A stretch of DNA of 63,929 nt, taken from contig NC_068989.1 in assembly GCF_001194135.2 (NCBI RefSeq), forward strand, positions 4,821,632-4,885,560, in the 5' to 3' direction. The DNA comes from Octopus bimaculoides (taxonomy: Eukaryota). A program made the translations under genes and the position numbers. Shown one piece after another: positions 39,435 through 52,421 of the stretch; the stretch's first letter is position 1; each line of letters starts with the position of its first letter. The notes beneath the pieces were generated by a model. That model was not told where the DNA came from, did no database searches, and saw only the letters and a program-made list of their open reading frames with translations.

Positions 39435-39935
39435 ATTCTTTTATTCTTTTATTTGTTTCAGTCATTTGACTGCGGCCATGCTGGAGCACCGCATTTAGTT
39501 GAACAAATCGACCCCCAGAACTTATTCTTTGGAAGCTTAGTGCTTATTCTATCGGTCTCTTTACAAACACAGACACACAAACATATACATTGGTGGCATG
39601 TAAAAAGCACCCATGACACTTTTGGAGTGGTTGGCGTTAGGAAGGGCATCCAGCTGTAGAAACCTTGCCAGATCAGATTGGAGCCTGGTGCAGCCGTTGG
39701 CTCTCCAGACCTCAGTCAAACCGTCAAACCCATGCCAGCATGGAAAACTGACATTAAACGATGATGATGATGATATACGACAGGCTTCTTTCAGTTTCTG
39801 TCTACCAAATCCACTCACAAGGCTTTGGTCGGCCCGAGGCTATGGTAGAAGACACTTGTCCAAGGTGCCACACAGTGGGACTGATCCCAGAACCATGTGG
39901 TTGGTAAGCAAGCTACTTACCACACAGCCGCTCCT
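39435..39935. mobile_element. Nested SINEs: a Meta-type SINE (+, about 39590-39775) inserted into a composite minus-strand SINE (tRNA/CORE-like head about 39780-39935, tail module about 39435-39570)
   Basis: Tail module ttatttgtttcagtcatttgactgcggccatgctggagcacc (also at about 8080, 22450, 38000 and 52650). The head and tail modules share an orientation and flank the opposite-strand Meta copy. Confidence 0.7.
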
Positions 39936-40879
39936 GCACCTATAAAATAAACTACATGTCAAGTATAGGAGCTGATGGCATTGAGTAACCACCTTCCCTC
40001 AAGATTAATAGCCTTATGCCTAAATTTGAAACAATCATTATTTTTATACATCACCATCATCATCATCATCATCATTATAATATAGAGTGATGGTTAGAGC
40101 ATCAAACAAAATACTTTGCAGTACTTGTCCTGACTCCTTGAGATTTGGTCTGAAATCCTGTTGAGATCAAGTTTGTCTTCCCCTTCTCCAGAGTCAATAA
40201 AATAAAGTACCAGTCAAATACTGGGGTCAGTATTATTGAATAATCCCTCCCCATGAGCTTCCAGCCTTTTACCTGTTTTAGAAACAATTATTATTTTCCA
40301 TATAATTATATTTCTAGCTCAAACATCAAATAATAAGACAGCATTAATATTATAGTAATATTTTAACCATTATTTCTACAATATTTGTGACAAGAAAAAT
40401 GACAATTCCAGTCACATTCTTGAGGTTGAATTTCTCTTTGATTTCCTTTTAATTTTGAACTGTTTAATCTTGTCTTTGTCATGTCATTCCGAAAATGTCA
40501 AAAAAAAAAAGCACAGACTGAATAAAGATTAAACATTATTTTTTTCATTTTAAGAAGAATTACCCGATACTTAAATAGGCAAGTATTTGTGCGTATATTT
40601 GTGTGTGTGTGTGTGTGTGATTGTGCACACACACACAGATGCAGGTGTGGTTGTGTGGTTATTTCACAACTATGTGATCTTTTACTCAGGTCAATAAAAT
40701 AAGCACTAGTTGAGCACTGGGGTCAATGTAACTGACCCCTTTCCCTTTTTGTGCCAAAATTTCAAACCAATATTTCTAGTGTTGAGTAGACATAAAGTGA
40801 CCAACTATCTGGTTGAAAATTGTGTACTTTGTCCACTATAATAGTGGGGTTTGTTCGTCGTTTGTCTCTTTCAAGATCT

Positions 40880-41105
40880 CAATTCTAGACCAATAAGGAA
40901 ACCCATATGCACTTGCTTACACTGATAAAAACAGCAGCCAAATCTTGTACAGATTACACCTTACCATCTTAAAAGACAAAGGCTACATTGGACAATGTAG
41001 TTTTAATACATTAATCCAGCAAAAAAAAAAGCACTTAAGATGAAACGGTCACAGCTGGAATGCTTTTGGTTATGGGCCAATGAGAACTAGCCTCCAGTTA
41101 AACGA
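40880..41105 (+). mobile_element. SINE-like repeat family ending in ctaaacaacaac-type tail
   Basis: Motif agcagccaaatc...cacaccttaccatcttaaaa...ggtcacagctggaatgc. Related copies at about 5760-5955(-), 25590-25960(+), 27200-27600(+), 47870-47955(-), 52720-52850(-), 54000-54130(-) and 56560-56740(-). Confidence 0.65.
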
Positions 41106-41288
41106 TAAAAAAAAATTTTAACAGCAAGATCTTTTTTTTTTTTGCCTCCTTTGAAATATTGGCAGAAAGTCATCCAAAATCACATTTAGGTTTTTTTCTG
41201 TGTTTCGAGATAAGTATAATTCTTTTATTCCTTTTATCATTCTTTAAACTTTCTCCTCTGCTTTCTTTCTCTTTATCTAATCCTTCAA

Positions 41289-41334
<46 letters not shown>

Positions 41335-41407
41335 NNNNNNNNNNNNNNNNNNNNNNNNNNNNNNNNNNNNNNNNNNNNNNNNNNNNNNNNNNNNNNNNNN
41401 NNNNNNN

Positions 41408-41447
<40 letters not shown>

Positions 41448-42868
41448 ACAAATTCTAATGTTTTCTTTTTTTTTTATCTCCTCTCTCTTTTAACAACATT
41501 TGTTGTTTTATTTTTATTCTTCAGAATAAAAATCTTTAAAAGTGCTTAGACAATAGCTCTTATACATATATGTGTGTGTGTGTGTGTATAACTCTAATTC
41601 TTGGAACAGTTAAAATGCCAAGGTTATAGATTCATCAATCAGGACAAAATGTCAGAGATATTAACCAGAAAATGATTACAGGATATGGGGATGTGGCTTT
41701 CATTGTCAAATTAGCAGTCTGTAGAAAAACCAAGGAAACTCTAAACACGGGACTTTCAAGATTGAACAATTTGATTCATTAAGTTAAGTAGGTAACCTAG
41801 GCCCATCTTTTAACCCTTTAGCATTTATAACATTGAAGGGGTAACATGTGCTAAAGTATTTATAAAAAAACAATGAAACAAAAGCATATCGGACTTCCTG
41901 TATGATATGGTAGAGGGAGAGGGGTTCCCCAACAACTGAATAACATGAAAATAAGGTTGGGTGTCAAAAACAATTGCTAAACTTGAAGAAGCATGGTCTG
42001 TGTCAGAAGAATTCACTTTAGTTAAAGCAAAGAAAGAGCTATTTTGGGGGTTTCCTTTATTTAACATTTTAGTCTGAGGAGGATGGACAGTGCTACTAGT
42101 TTTTGCAAACTCTCTTGGGTTGATGAGGGTAATATAGCTGTTGTTCAATTTGAATGTTTGCAGCTTGGTATCTCAAGAGAAACCGGGGAGAGATAGAATG
42201 TTTTTAGGATAAGCAGTTCTAGATAACCTTGGTTGACTTTTATCATTATTAATCAATCATAGTGCAGAGACATTGACTTACACCTACTCTGTCGTGACTG
42301 GGCTGTTTCCAGAAGTGAGTGTCTAACCTTAAGCACACTTACCACATCCCTACTCATGGTTATGCCACGAAGGAAAGACAAGTCAATAAGTTTGCAGCAT
42401 CCATGGAGCTGTAAGGAATGATGGATATTGGTTAAGTATAGCTGTACATATCTGCCCGAGGGCCCCTTATCCCTCTCTCTGGATTTTCTGTAGAGGTTTA
42501 CTCCCTTAGCCTTTTATAAACGCTCGAATAAATTACCCCACTGGACAGCAGGGGTTTATTATTACAGTGGGCATGGTTTGTGCTCAACCAGTCCCACTCT
42601 TTCATCCTTGTATTGATCTGGTGCGACAAGTATCCCAAGTTCAGCAGATATCAGGAAGCAAGATTTGCATGGAAGTTTTTCTCATCAGTTTTATTATTGT
42701 TGTTGTTGTTGGTATCATTATCATAATCATTGTCGTTGTCATCATCATCATCGTCATTATTTCACTTCACAGAGCTCGTAATCTCACTTGCTGCAGCTAA
42801 TTTTTTAAGAGTGGACAACAAGGTTTCACAGAGTCTTCTTCCATGATACTTAACATCCAAGTCCCAAT

Positions 42869-42904
<36 letters not shown>

Positions 42905-43084
42905 GAGCTGGTAAAATGCTAAGTGCTAACCCATGCATCATTACATTCTGTGTTCAAATTCCATCAGTCAACTTAACCTTTCATTCTTTTGGGGTTGAGA
43001 ACTGGGATTGATGTAATCTACTTAACCCCTCCCCTGAACTTGCTTCCTTGTGCCAAAATTTGAAACCATTATTATTATTATTAT

Positions 43085-43135
<51 letters not shown>

Positions 43136-43495
43136 TAAGGTGGTAAGCTGGCAGAATTGTTAGCATACTGGGCAAAATGCTTAGCGGTGTTTTGTCCGTT
43201 GCTACATTCTGGGTTCAAATTCCGCTGAAGTCAACTTTACCTTTCATCCTTTCAGGGTTGATAAAATAAGTACCAGTTACACACTGGGGTCAATGTAATC
43301 GACTCATCCCCCCCACCTCCCCCAAGCTGCCCTTGAGGCAAAAATTTGAAATAATTATTATTATTGTTATTAAGGCAGCGGCCTTTAATCCTTTCGGGGT
43401 TGATAAATTATGTACCAGTTGAACACTGGGGTCAATGTAATCAACTGGCCACCTCACGACCAAAATTCAGGCCTTGTGCCAAAATTTGAAACCAT
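42905..43495 (+). mobile_element. Three tandem Deu/Nin-domain-type SINE copies separated by (TTA)n/(TAG)n tracts
   Basis: Recurring ttcaaattcc...actttacctttcatcctttcagggttgataaaataagtaccagtt...ctggggtcaatgtaatc...ccaaaatttgaaacc at about 42905-43075, 43136-43352 and 43372-43495 (5-prime truncated). Other copies at 16382-16527, 19430-19960, 30650-30800, 40010-40290 and 48252-48490. Confidence 0.85.
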
Positions 43496-44619
43496 TTTTA
43501 TTATTGAGTTGTGTGTATTGCATGTTTTTACTGCTCTACTGTGTTTGGAGCACCGTGCACCTTGGGTAAATGCAGGGTTTTTTGTTGTTTTATTTTTATT
43601 TCCTTTTGCATTGAGAGTGCTCTATGTAATATATATGGAGTGCCCAGCTGTTGAAAATCTGACTCAGCAAATTTCGTCTGAGCCATGCAGGCATGGAAAA
43701 ATGGATGTTAATATGATGATGCTGAGGACGATATTTCTATGTTTGTGTGTATGCATTCACATAATGCATACACATAATGTATATGTGTATGCATTCATTT
43801 ATACACACACACACACATTTGCGATTGTTTATTTGTGCACGTTTGCATAATAATAGAATATATTTTCATGTGAATATGAAAATATGACTTCACTGAATGT
43901 GTATGTAACTTGTATACACACACTCACACTCACACACACACAAGTAAATGATAGGGTTATTTACTGTTACAAAGACATATTTTTTATAAAAATAGAAAAA
44001 AAAAACATTAAGAAATATATAAATAAATGCAAAAGAAATGAAGTTTGAGCTGCAAAGATTTTTATTACATGTTGAAATGGTGAAGCTCATTGTGGTTGTT
44101 AATGGTCGGTTTGTTCTTTTATCCACTGGAACAGAATAATAATATAATACTATAGTAATAAATTGATAAATATATATCTAGCTCGTTAGGTTGTGTCTGA
44201 CTGTTTGTCTGTCTGTATTTATGTCTTCATATCTCTTTCTCTCTCTTGATTTGTATGTGGTATTCTTTTTCCACGTTGGTATACACTTACTACATACATT
44301 AACCCTTCTATTCAACTACACACACACGCATGTATGTATATGCATACAGGCATATGTACCTCTACACAAACATATACTCACACACGCACATACACATATA
44401 TTTCTATAAAAGCACAAAAGCCAATAAAATTCAGTTGATACCCATCATTATCGAATGAACAATATAACTGTTGTCTCTCTCTCTCTCTCTCTCTCTCTTT
44501 CATTTACAATTCTGTTGTGCTGGAATTCTCTTACATATACACCCACTTCATTAGCAGCAGATTTCTCGAAGCAGTAGCACTATCTTTCTGGGTTTAAAAG
44601 CATTTTTTCATTTTCTTTT

Positions 44620-45060
44620 CTAATGTTGCTTTCCCACCCTTCACCAATTCAATCATCCCCACCACTGCTCCAATTTTTATTGCCCACCACCACTGAAATT
44701 CCTTTGCCTAGTGCCACCACCACTACAATTTCCTTTGCTTCCTATTACCTCTACAGTTCCTCTTTCCCACCCACCCTGCCATCACCATTTCAGTGTTTTT
44801 CTTACCCATCTTACCCATCACCACTATTTCATTTTTCCTTATTCCCTAGCACCCCTGCAATTTCCTTTGGCCACCATCACCAATCCAGTTCCTCTTGCCC
44901 ATCACCTCAACAGTTTCCTTTGCCCACAACAACCAATCCATTTCTATTTACCCGTCACCACCATTCCAGGTTCCTTTACCCGTCTCAAACAATCCGGTTG
45001 TTCTTGTCCATTACCAACACCACTTCAGTTTACTTTTGCCCACGGCCCCTGCAACTCTCT
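44620..45060. repeat. Degenerate pyrimidine-rich cryptic repeat (caatttccttt / ccaccac units)
   Basis: Recurrent caatttcctttg, cagtttcc(t)tt and ccatcacca motifs. This explains the 200-aa Pro/Ser/Thr-rich ORF. Confidence 0.55.
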
Positions 45061-46420
45061 TTGACCTCTATCGAAATTTACTTAGCAGTACCCATGTTTT
45101 TTTTACAGGTTTTTTCGTCTCTCCCTTTTCTCATTTCTCCCCTTCCATACATGATTCTACCAACAGTTGAGGTAGATATTCTTGTACAGAACTTTGGAGA
45201 CATGATCCATTGTTCTATTGTTTGATCATTTAAATGCTCAGGCACACACATGCCTACCCAGAACTGCCTGTATATATACATATAGGAATGCATGCATGAA
45301 TACATACATACATACATATTTATAGAAATGCATGTGCTTAAACTTATACAGACACTACACACATAAACACATAGACATACATACATACATACATACATAC
45401 ATACATACTTATTTGAATCCATATTTATCTCACATTTCTCCATACGTGTGCAAAAGTATGACATTAAATGATATGTGTGTGTTGGTGGTGGGGAGGAGAA
45501 TGAGAGAGATAGAGAGAATAATGGAGTGAAAGAAAGGAAGGAAGAGAGATTTTGTGACTGTCAGAAAGAATATGTGCATGTATGTGTGTGTGTAGATAGA
45601 TAGATAGATATGAGAGGAGAGGGAGGAGGTAGGAAGCACTATGTTTTGTATTGTGGCAGGGTGAAGTGACATACACTATTAGATAGCTATACATTATGAC
45701 ATATGCACACACATTCACGAAGAGTTACACACATAATGTGCAATTATTTACATGTGTGTCTCTGGATAAATATAGGTATGTCTCTGTATGTATTATATAT
45801 CTGTGTGTGTAATGTGTGAGTATATTTGCATATATGTATGTACATCGGTAGAAAATGGCAGAGATCAGCTGATTTTTCACTTTAGTTTCATATTTATGTT
45901 TATTATATCTATTTTGCCATTGTTTTACTTTGTATAATCACCTTCTGTCTACCGTAGTGTATCAAATATACTTTACTGTTTTCGTACAGGAAGCTATATT
46001 AAGAGTTATTTTTTTAACACTACCACCCTTGTGAGAAACAGTTTAAAGTTAAAGAATGCACATTCAAATCAGTGGAAATGAAATGGATATTTTTAATGTT
46101 ATAACATAGTCAGTTGGAGAAGGACATGCCCAAAGACCTCCCCGACTGAAAGGGGAAGATAGAAACCATGACTCGTGAATTATACCCAAACTAGAGACTT
46201 GGTCCAACTACTTTCCAACTGAGTAGAGACCACGAAAGGCTTCCAAAGATTAGTATAGCCTTATGGAATAAAGTGTTGGTTTATCAACCAGTGGGTATTG
46301 AACTCAAATCAACTACAGGCAGCTTTATTATTAATGTGTTACACAAACCAGAGCATTATAGAATGCTAGCCTGCTTCTCTGGTACTTGTTGCTCTAAGAC
46401 AAATTATTACTCCGAATAAT

Positions 46421-46792
46421 ACAAAGCTAGGTGTTCCAGAAAAGATGCTCAATAGCATAATTTCTTTCCATCAAGATCTAGCGGCGAAGTGTCCGATTCA
46501 TTCACAGTCTCAAATGGGACGAAACAAGGCTGTGTTCTTGCACCACTTTTATTTGCTTTGTATTTCTCTGCCATGTTGGAAATAGTGTTCGAGGTTGTTA
46601 CAGAAAGAGTAAAGTTTGAGTAGAGAACTAGTGGTGGATTGTTCAACCAACAGCACTTCAAAGCAGAAACTAAGACTTTGGTGCAAACAGTTCAAGATTT
46701 GCTCTTCGCAGATAATTGTGCACTTGTAGCATACACTCTTGAGGATATGCAATGGATACTAAACAACTTCTCATGTGCATCAAAGGCTTTTC
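46421..46792 (+). mobile_element. RTE (BovB-like) reverse transcriptase fragment
   Basis: KLGVPEKMLNSIISFHQD..SGEVSDSFTVSNGTKQGCVLAPLLFALYFSAML...E*RTSGGLFNQQHFKAETKT..TVQDLLFADNCALVAYTLEDMQWILNNFSCASKAF contains the QG..LaP.LF and (Y/F)ADD-type motifs, with one stop and one deletion. Confidence 0.9.
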
Positions 46793-46913
46793 TTAAATGT
46801 CTGATACTTATTCACTCAGTTTCTTTTGCCAAACTGCTAAGGATGTAAATAAATCAACACTAGTCATCAAATGAAGTCAAACAAGCACTAACACCAAGAC
46901 ACACACACACACA

Positions 46914-46944
<31 letters not shown>

Positions 46945-48499
46945 GACAGGCTTCTACACAGTTTCTATCTACCAAATAAACTCATAGGACATTAGCCAAC
47001 TCAGTGCTTTGCCCGCAGTGACATGCAGTGGGATTGGACTTTAAAACATGTGGTTGTAAAGAGATCTTAACCACAAAATGTATGGATTTTTTCAGTATGT
47101 AACAGCACAGTGCTCAATGAAAACTTAGAGGAAGGGAGGAGGTGGATAGTTGAGCACATCTGTATATAAGTTTAATGAGATTGTTGCTTCTATATTATGG
47201 TTTCACACTCATGTTCAGCAATTTCAGTATATCAAAAGCTCATGGAAATTCAGTGTCCAGTTCTGAAACCATGGCACAGAAGTAAAAAGAGACATTAAAG
47301 ACACACACATGTACACGCACGCACACACACACACACGACTGTAGCTTCAGTTCACCAGAGTCAAGAATTATTTCTCTTGACTGATGCTGTATTTGGTTTA
47401 AAGCAAGTTATTTATATTTTATATTGATTGCATGATTGGACATATTTTATATGGCTGGAACTTTTTTATTTTCTTGTTTTGTCTTTTTAATTTTTTTTCT
47501 TTAATTCTATTCCATCTAATGTCAACTCAAGTGCTTTTACACCATTTATATTTGATAATTTATTGATTCCTATTGATTTTGTCTCTATTTTCGTTGCACT
47601 TGGCATCCGGTCATTTCAGTTCTTTCTGCTTGTTTCTGTCTTCTCTCGTGTTCTTCTTGACAGACTTACCACATTCTTTATGTCATTTCTGTTATTGATT
47701 GCTGCTCCTGGGCTTTGTGTCTTGAACCAGAGACAAATATCTTCTGTTCTGTGTGTTTAGATCAAATATCACATGTTCATATGTACATACACACACGTGT
47801 ATGTGTTATAAATGTCAGAAACAGGACCATCCTAGCAATTTGTATATCAGAGATAACATTGACCAATGTATCTATCTTTTTTTAAGACAGTATGGTATGA
47901 TTTGTAAAAGATTTGGCTACTATTTCTAGCAAATCAAACAACTGCGCTGAGGCTTCCTACATACAAAGTGACAAAAAAAATAGGGTGGTCTTGACTACTA
48001 CACCTTTGTTAATAAATCAGCTCTGTCAAAGCTGACCTGGAACTAATCAACAATAGCAACTAGTTTCATGTTTTAATACTGGTAGTTGTTGATTCAGAAC
48101 AGTACACACTGTAGCACATTTCGTTAAGTTGTATATAGGATAATAAATACTAAATCGTTGAGAAATATTATTCATGATTAGCTGGCATCCAATCAGGAAA
48201 TTTGTGTTTGTCTTTAGAGTTTATTTTTTATTATTATTACTATTATTAATTAAGGTGGTAAGCTGGCAAAATCATTACCACACTTTTCAAGGTGGCAAGC
48301 TGTTAGAATGCCGGACAAAATGCTTAGCGGCATTTCATCTGTTATGTTCTGAGTTCAAATTCCATCGAGGTCAACTTTGCCTTTCATCCTTTCAGGGTCG
48401 ATAAAATAAGTACCAGTTGAACACTGGGGTCAATGTAATCGACTCATCCCCACCTCTTCCATGCTGCCCTTGTGGCAAAAATTTGAAATAATAATAATA

Positions 48500-48535
<36 letters not shown>

Positions 48536-49756
48536 TCAGAGATTTCCATATTTTTCTGATTGGTGAGACACTTTAAAATACTTCATAACATATAGGTACA
48601 GACAAAGCTGTATGGTTAAGAAGCTAGTTTTGCAACCACATAGTTTTGAGTTCAATTTCAATGTGCAGCACCTTGGGTTGGTGTTTTCTATAGCTCTTGG
48701 CCAAAGGTCTTGGTATTGTAGAAGGGAAGTAATATATGTGATAAGAAAAACAAGAGTCATTTCACCTTTGAACACTCAAAGGACAACCCACTTGATTATA
48801 CTGCAGCTCCTGTTTTACTCTCAATTTTTCTTTAGAAACAAGATTTTCAAATACAGCAGTATTGTTGCTGTTATTTTTTTTTTTCTTTAAATGATGATAA
48901 AACATTCATATTGTTATTCATAATTATCTAGAGTGGCAAATCTGGACGTTTCTGTTCTATTTGATCTCTTCAGCGATGCCTACTTACCAGACATCATAAT
49001 GACTGTGAGAATATGTAGTATTCTAGTGAAAAAATGTTCACTGAGTATGCAGTTTAAAAATAATGACATGGGAAAAATTGCCAAAGGATGCTTTGTGTTA
49101 TAAATATATTAGACAATTCATGATAGTCAGCCCTTGGTAATTTTCTTGCCTCTATCATTGTATTATATTAACTGATCACTGAGTGGGTTTTTTTTTTTTC
49201 TAATATCCAGCATATTCTGATAGTCATTCTAATGTCAGGTAAATATAATTAAGATTATGCTTTACTAAGATGGTCTAATAAGATGGAAATAGGTCTGGAG
49301 TTGTCACTGTACTTACCAAAGACCAATCTTAGTTTCCACTGCGCTCCCTGTTTCAGCTGTTTATATAAATTTTGGACTTGCCTATCTGACCCATGATAAG
49401 AATTATTTTTAATGCTTTAATTAACTAAAAATTATATTTATGGCTTTATGTTTAAATGTTTAAATAGTGTGCTTGACAAATGCAGGACTGCCACATTGTG
49501 CAACACTTTAGGCATTATGTACTAATTATAAATGAATATCACCATCATATAATCAGTATTATTTGTTCTCAATTTTCTGCGAGACAATACCTAATCATTG
49601 TATTGGTCTGTGTCCAGAGGACCAGAGGAATATTGCCTTACTTGGAAACAGATGAGGAGCAGTGACAGAAACAGTTTCTGATGATTTCTGTAGAAAATCC
49701 GACACTCATTTCATGCTGACTCATGGAAAAATGGATGTTAGATGATAATGATGTTG

Positions 49757-49788
<32 letters not shown>

Positions 49789-49984
49789 TGTTTTGAAACC
49801 CCACCCCTCTAAATTTTCAGTGTTTCAATATTGCTTTAATAATACTTTTTGACAAAAGTAGAAAGACAATTGCTAAAATCAAATTGATTAAAAATTGAAT
49901 GAGAAACACAGTTGTATGGTGACAACTCCAGATATATTTCAGTCTGTTAATACACAACATACTGTTATATANNNNNNNNNNAGA

Positions 49985-50040
49985 TTTCATTGCGAAGGAA
50001 ATTTTCATTCTCCTTCGTGAAAATTTGCTTCGCAACGAAA
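49985..50040. ncRNA. Pre-miRNA-like hairpin (candidate)
   Basis: tttcattgcgaaggaaattttca-ttctccttcg-tgaaaatttgcttcgcaacgaaa forms a 23-position stem with 2 mismatches and a 10-nt loop. Confidence 0.3.
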
Positions 50041-50255
50041 GCCGGTTAGAAATCTTTATTAAAATATGCTTCCAGTTTAGCATTCTGCCTTATTCTTCAT
50101 TTTCCTATTATTTCTCCACATGCGGTTAACACAACCCCACTATTTACTGACTTATATATATATATATATATATACATATACACACACACACACACACAGA
50201 TACAGACCTCAATCACACGTACTAATGCAGAAATTTACATGCACCATATCAATTA

Positions 50256-50319
<64 letters not shown>

Positions 50320-50586
50320 TTAATGCTGTCTCATACACATACGTATCCATACATACTCACACATGTTTACACGCACATATCACATATTGATCTACTCTAC
50401 CAGTTTGCAAGCATATTCAATAATAATCATTGTTATTTCCTCACGTGCAATCCAAAAAACCATTGAAAAATCTTTCTTTCCATCCTGCAAATGGAAGTTG
50501 ACACTTGCCACCCTCAATAACATCACAGCATGTTGATGTATGGAAATGTTTCAGTTAATGTTTTCCATTAACAGTTTCTCATTTGC

Positions 50587-50589
<3 letters not shown>

Positions 50590-50646
<57 letters not shown>

Positions 50647-50689
50647 NNNNNNNNNNNNNNNNNNNNNNNNNNNNNNNNNNNNNNNNNNN

Positions 50690-50746
<57 letters not shown>
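50590..50746. repeat. (CT)n microsatellite spanning an assembly gap
   Basis: Direct reading. A similar (CT)n lies at 30228-30294. Confidence 0.95.
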
Positions 50747-50749
<3 letters not shown>

Positions 50750-51358
50750 CCAATAAAGCTAGCACACACTATTCCATTTTGAGTGGAATCATATTCACAA
50801 GTCACAGCTGGGCAATGTTGATAGAATTTGCATTGGTGGTTTGAAACCTATCACTGAAAAATGGACTGCATACATGGCAGAAGGCACTTAACTCTTTTAA
50901 AAGGTTACCCCTTCCACATACTCACACAGTTAATAATGATACTGAAAATAGGTACCATGTAGTGGTGTAGCTTGCTATTGGAGGCAGTTGAAGTACTGTT
51001 TAAAAAAAAAGCAACATTCTTCTTTACTTTTTTATTCTTTCTTTCCACCATTCTTTTATTCATATATTGAAATGTATGTAATATATATAACCTTACCTGA
51101 AATCAAGTGAGAGCAACAGGAAAGGCATATGACCATTGAAAATCTGCCTCAACAAACTCCATCTGACCCATGTAAGCATGAATAAGTGGGTGTTAGAACA
51201 ATTATGATGATATATATCCGTCTCTCTTTTGTGAAATATGAAAGGAATATTGCATTTCCTGGATATTAAAGATGTTGAGTATGTTTGGATGTGCAAGTGT
51301 ATCTTTGTGTGTATGTATGTATGTGCAAAAATAAAAAAAAACAGATTATTTTCTTCAG

Positions 51359-51427
51359 GCAAGCTTTCAACATCAAAAATTGCTTAGCTTTTGGTGTTTT
51401 GGTGTCTTTTAAAGAATTCTTTTGTTG
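51359..51427 (+). other. Candidate 69-nt cassette exon upstream of the ADAM prodomain exon; contains TAG in the ADAM frame
   Basis: Acceptor gattattttcttcag| and donor GTTG|gtaagt, both consensus. Length is a multiple of 3. The phase-1 reading is GC AAG CTT TCA ACA TCA AAA ATT GCT TAG CTT TTG GTG TTT TGG TGT CTT TTA AAG AAT TCT TTT GTT G. Confidence 0.5.
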
Positions 51428-52421
51428 GTAAGTGTCAGTGTGTACTCCAGTATGATGTCTTTAGGCATGGTGATATGGGGAAAAGGAATTCATATGGATA
51501 GAGTATGCTTGGTTCAAAGACTTTAAAATATGATTGCAAAATTGACATGGCCAAATTCATTTTATTGTAAAAGAGAGAGAGAGTGTGTGTGTGTGTGTGT
51601 ATGTCTTACAGTCACACATACACACTAATTCATGTGTGTATACACATCTTCATGCATTTCTATTACTTACACTCACACATATGTATACTTAAGAAAATGG
51701 TAATGCTTATATTTGTTCATGGGTGATATTAATATGTGTGTGTGTGTGTGTGTGTGTGTATACACCAACACTTTTATACACACACACATACACACCTCCA
51801 TTCTATTTAATAATTCTGGTCAATGCTATTTTCATTGCCATTTATTGAAGTGATTTTAGAGCAAGTTGTAGGTGCTGAATCTGAATATGGCATCAGTTTT
51901 GCTGTATTTGCTATAGTTTTTGACATAATCACATCAAAGTTCTCTTATTGAACCTTCAGCTCAGTTGACTGCATGAATGTTGGCCTACTGCTACCTAATG
52001 AAAATGTACCATTATTTATTAATGCTCTTGAAAGAGATCTCTACAGCATACAGTTTCTCATGCAAACCTTCCCTATTTCCCATCTGTGGCCGGGAGAGGT
52101 TTCTAAATTATGTCACAATACTTTTGTGTCTCCCCAATAACCTAGGTGTGTTGTGAAATATTTGCGAACTGGTAACTTTGCATACAGCATCCAATGATGA
52201 TGATGATTAGTAACGTGATATGATGGTTGTTTATTAACGTCTTTAATTACTTAACACTGATAAAATATCTCCTAGAAATTTTTATTTTTTTAAGTGTCTC
52301 ACCAACCTGAATAACATGGAAGTCTCTGAATTAATAAAAATGCTAATTTATTTTACCTGTTCTTGATGTTGTAGTTTCCCAAATTTCTTAACCAGCCATA
52401 TCTCTTTGTATTTTACCACAG

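Noticed and set aside
44623-45225. Longest ORF in the track (200 aa, Pro/Ser/Thr-rich)
   Set aside because: It is explained by a cryptic pyrimidine-rich repeat, and has no domain or splice support.
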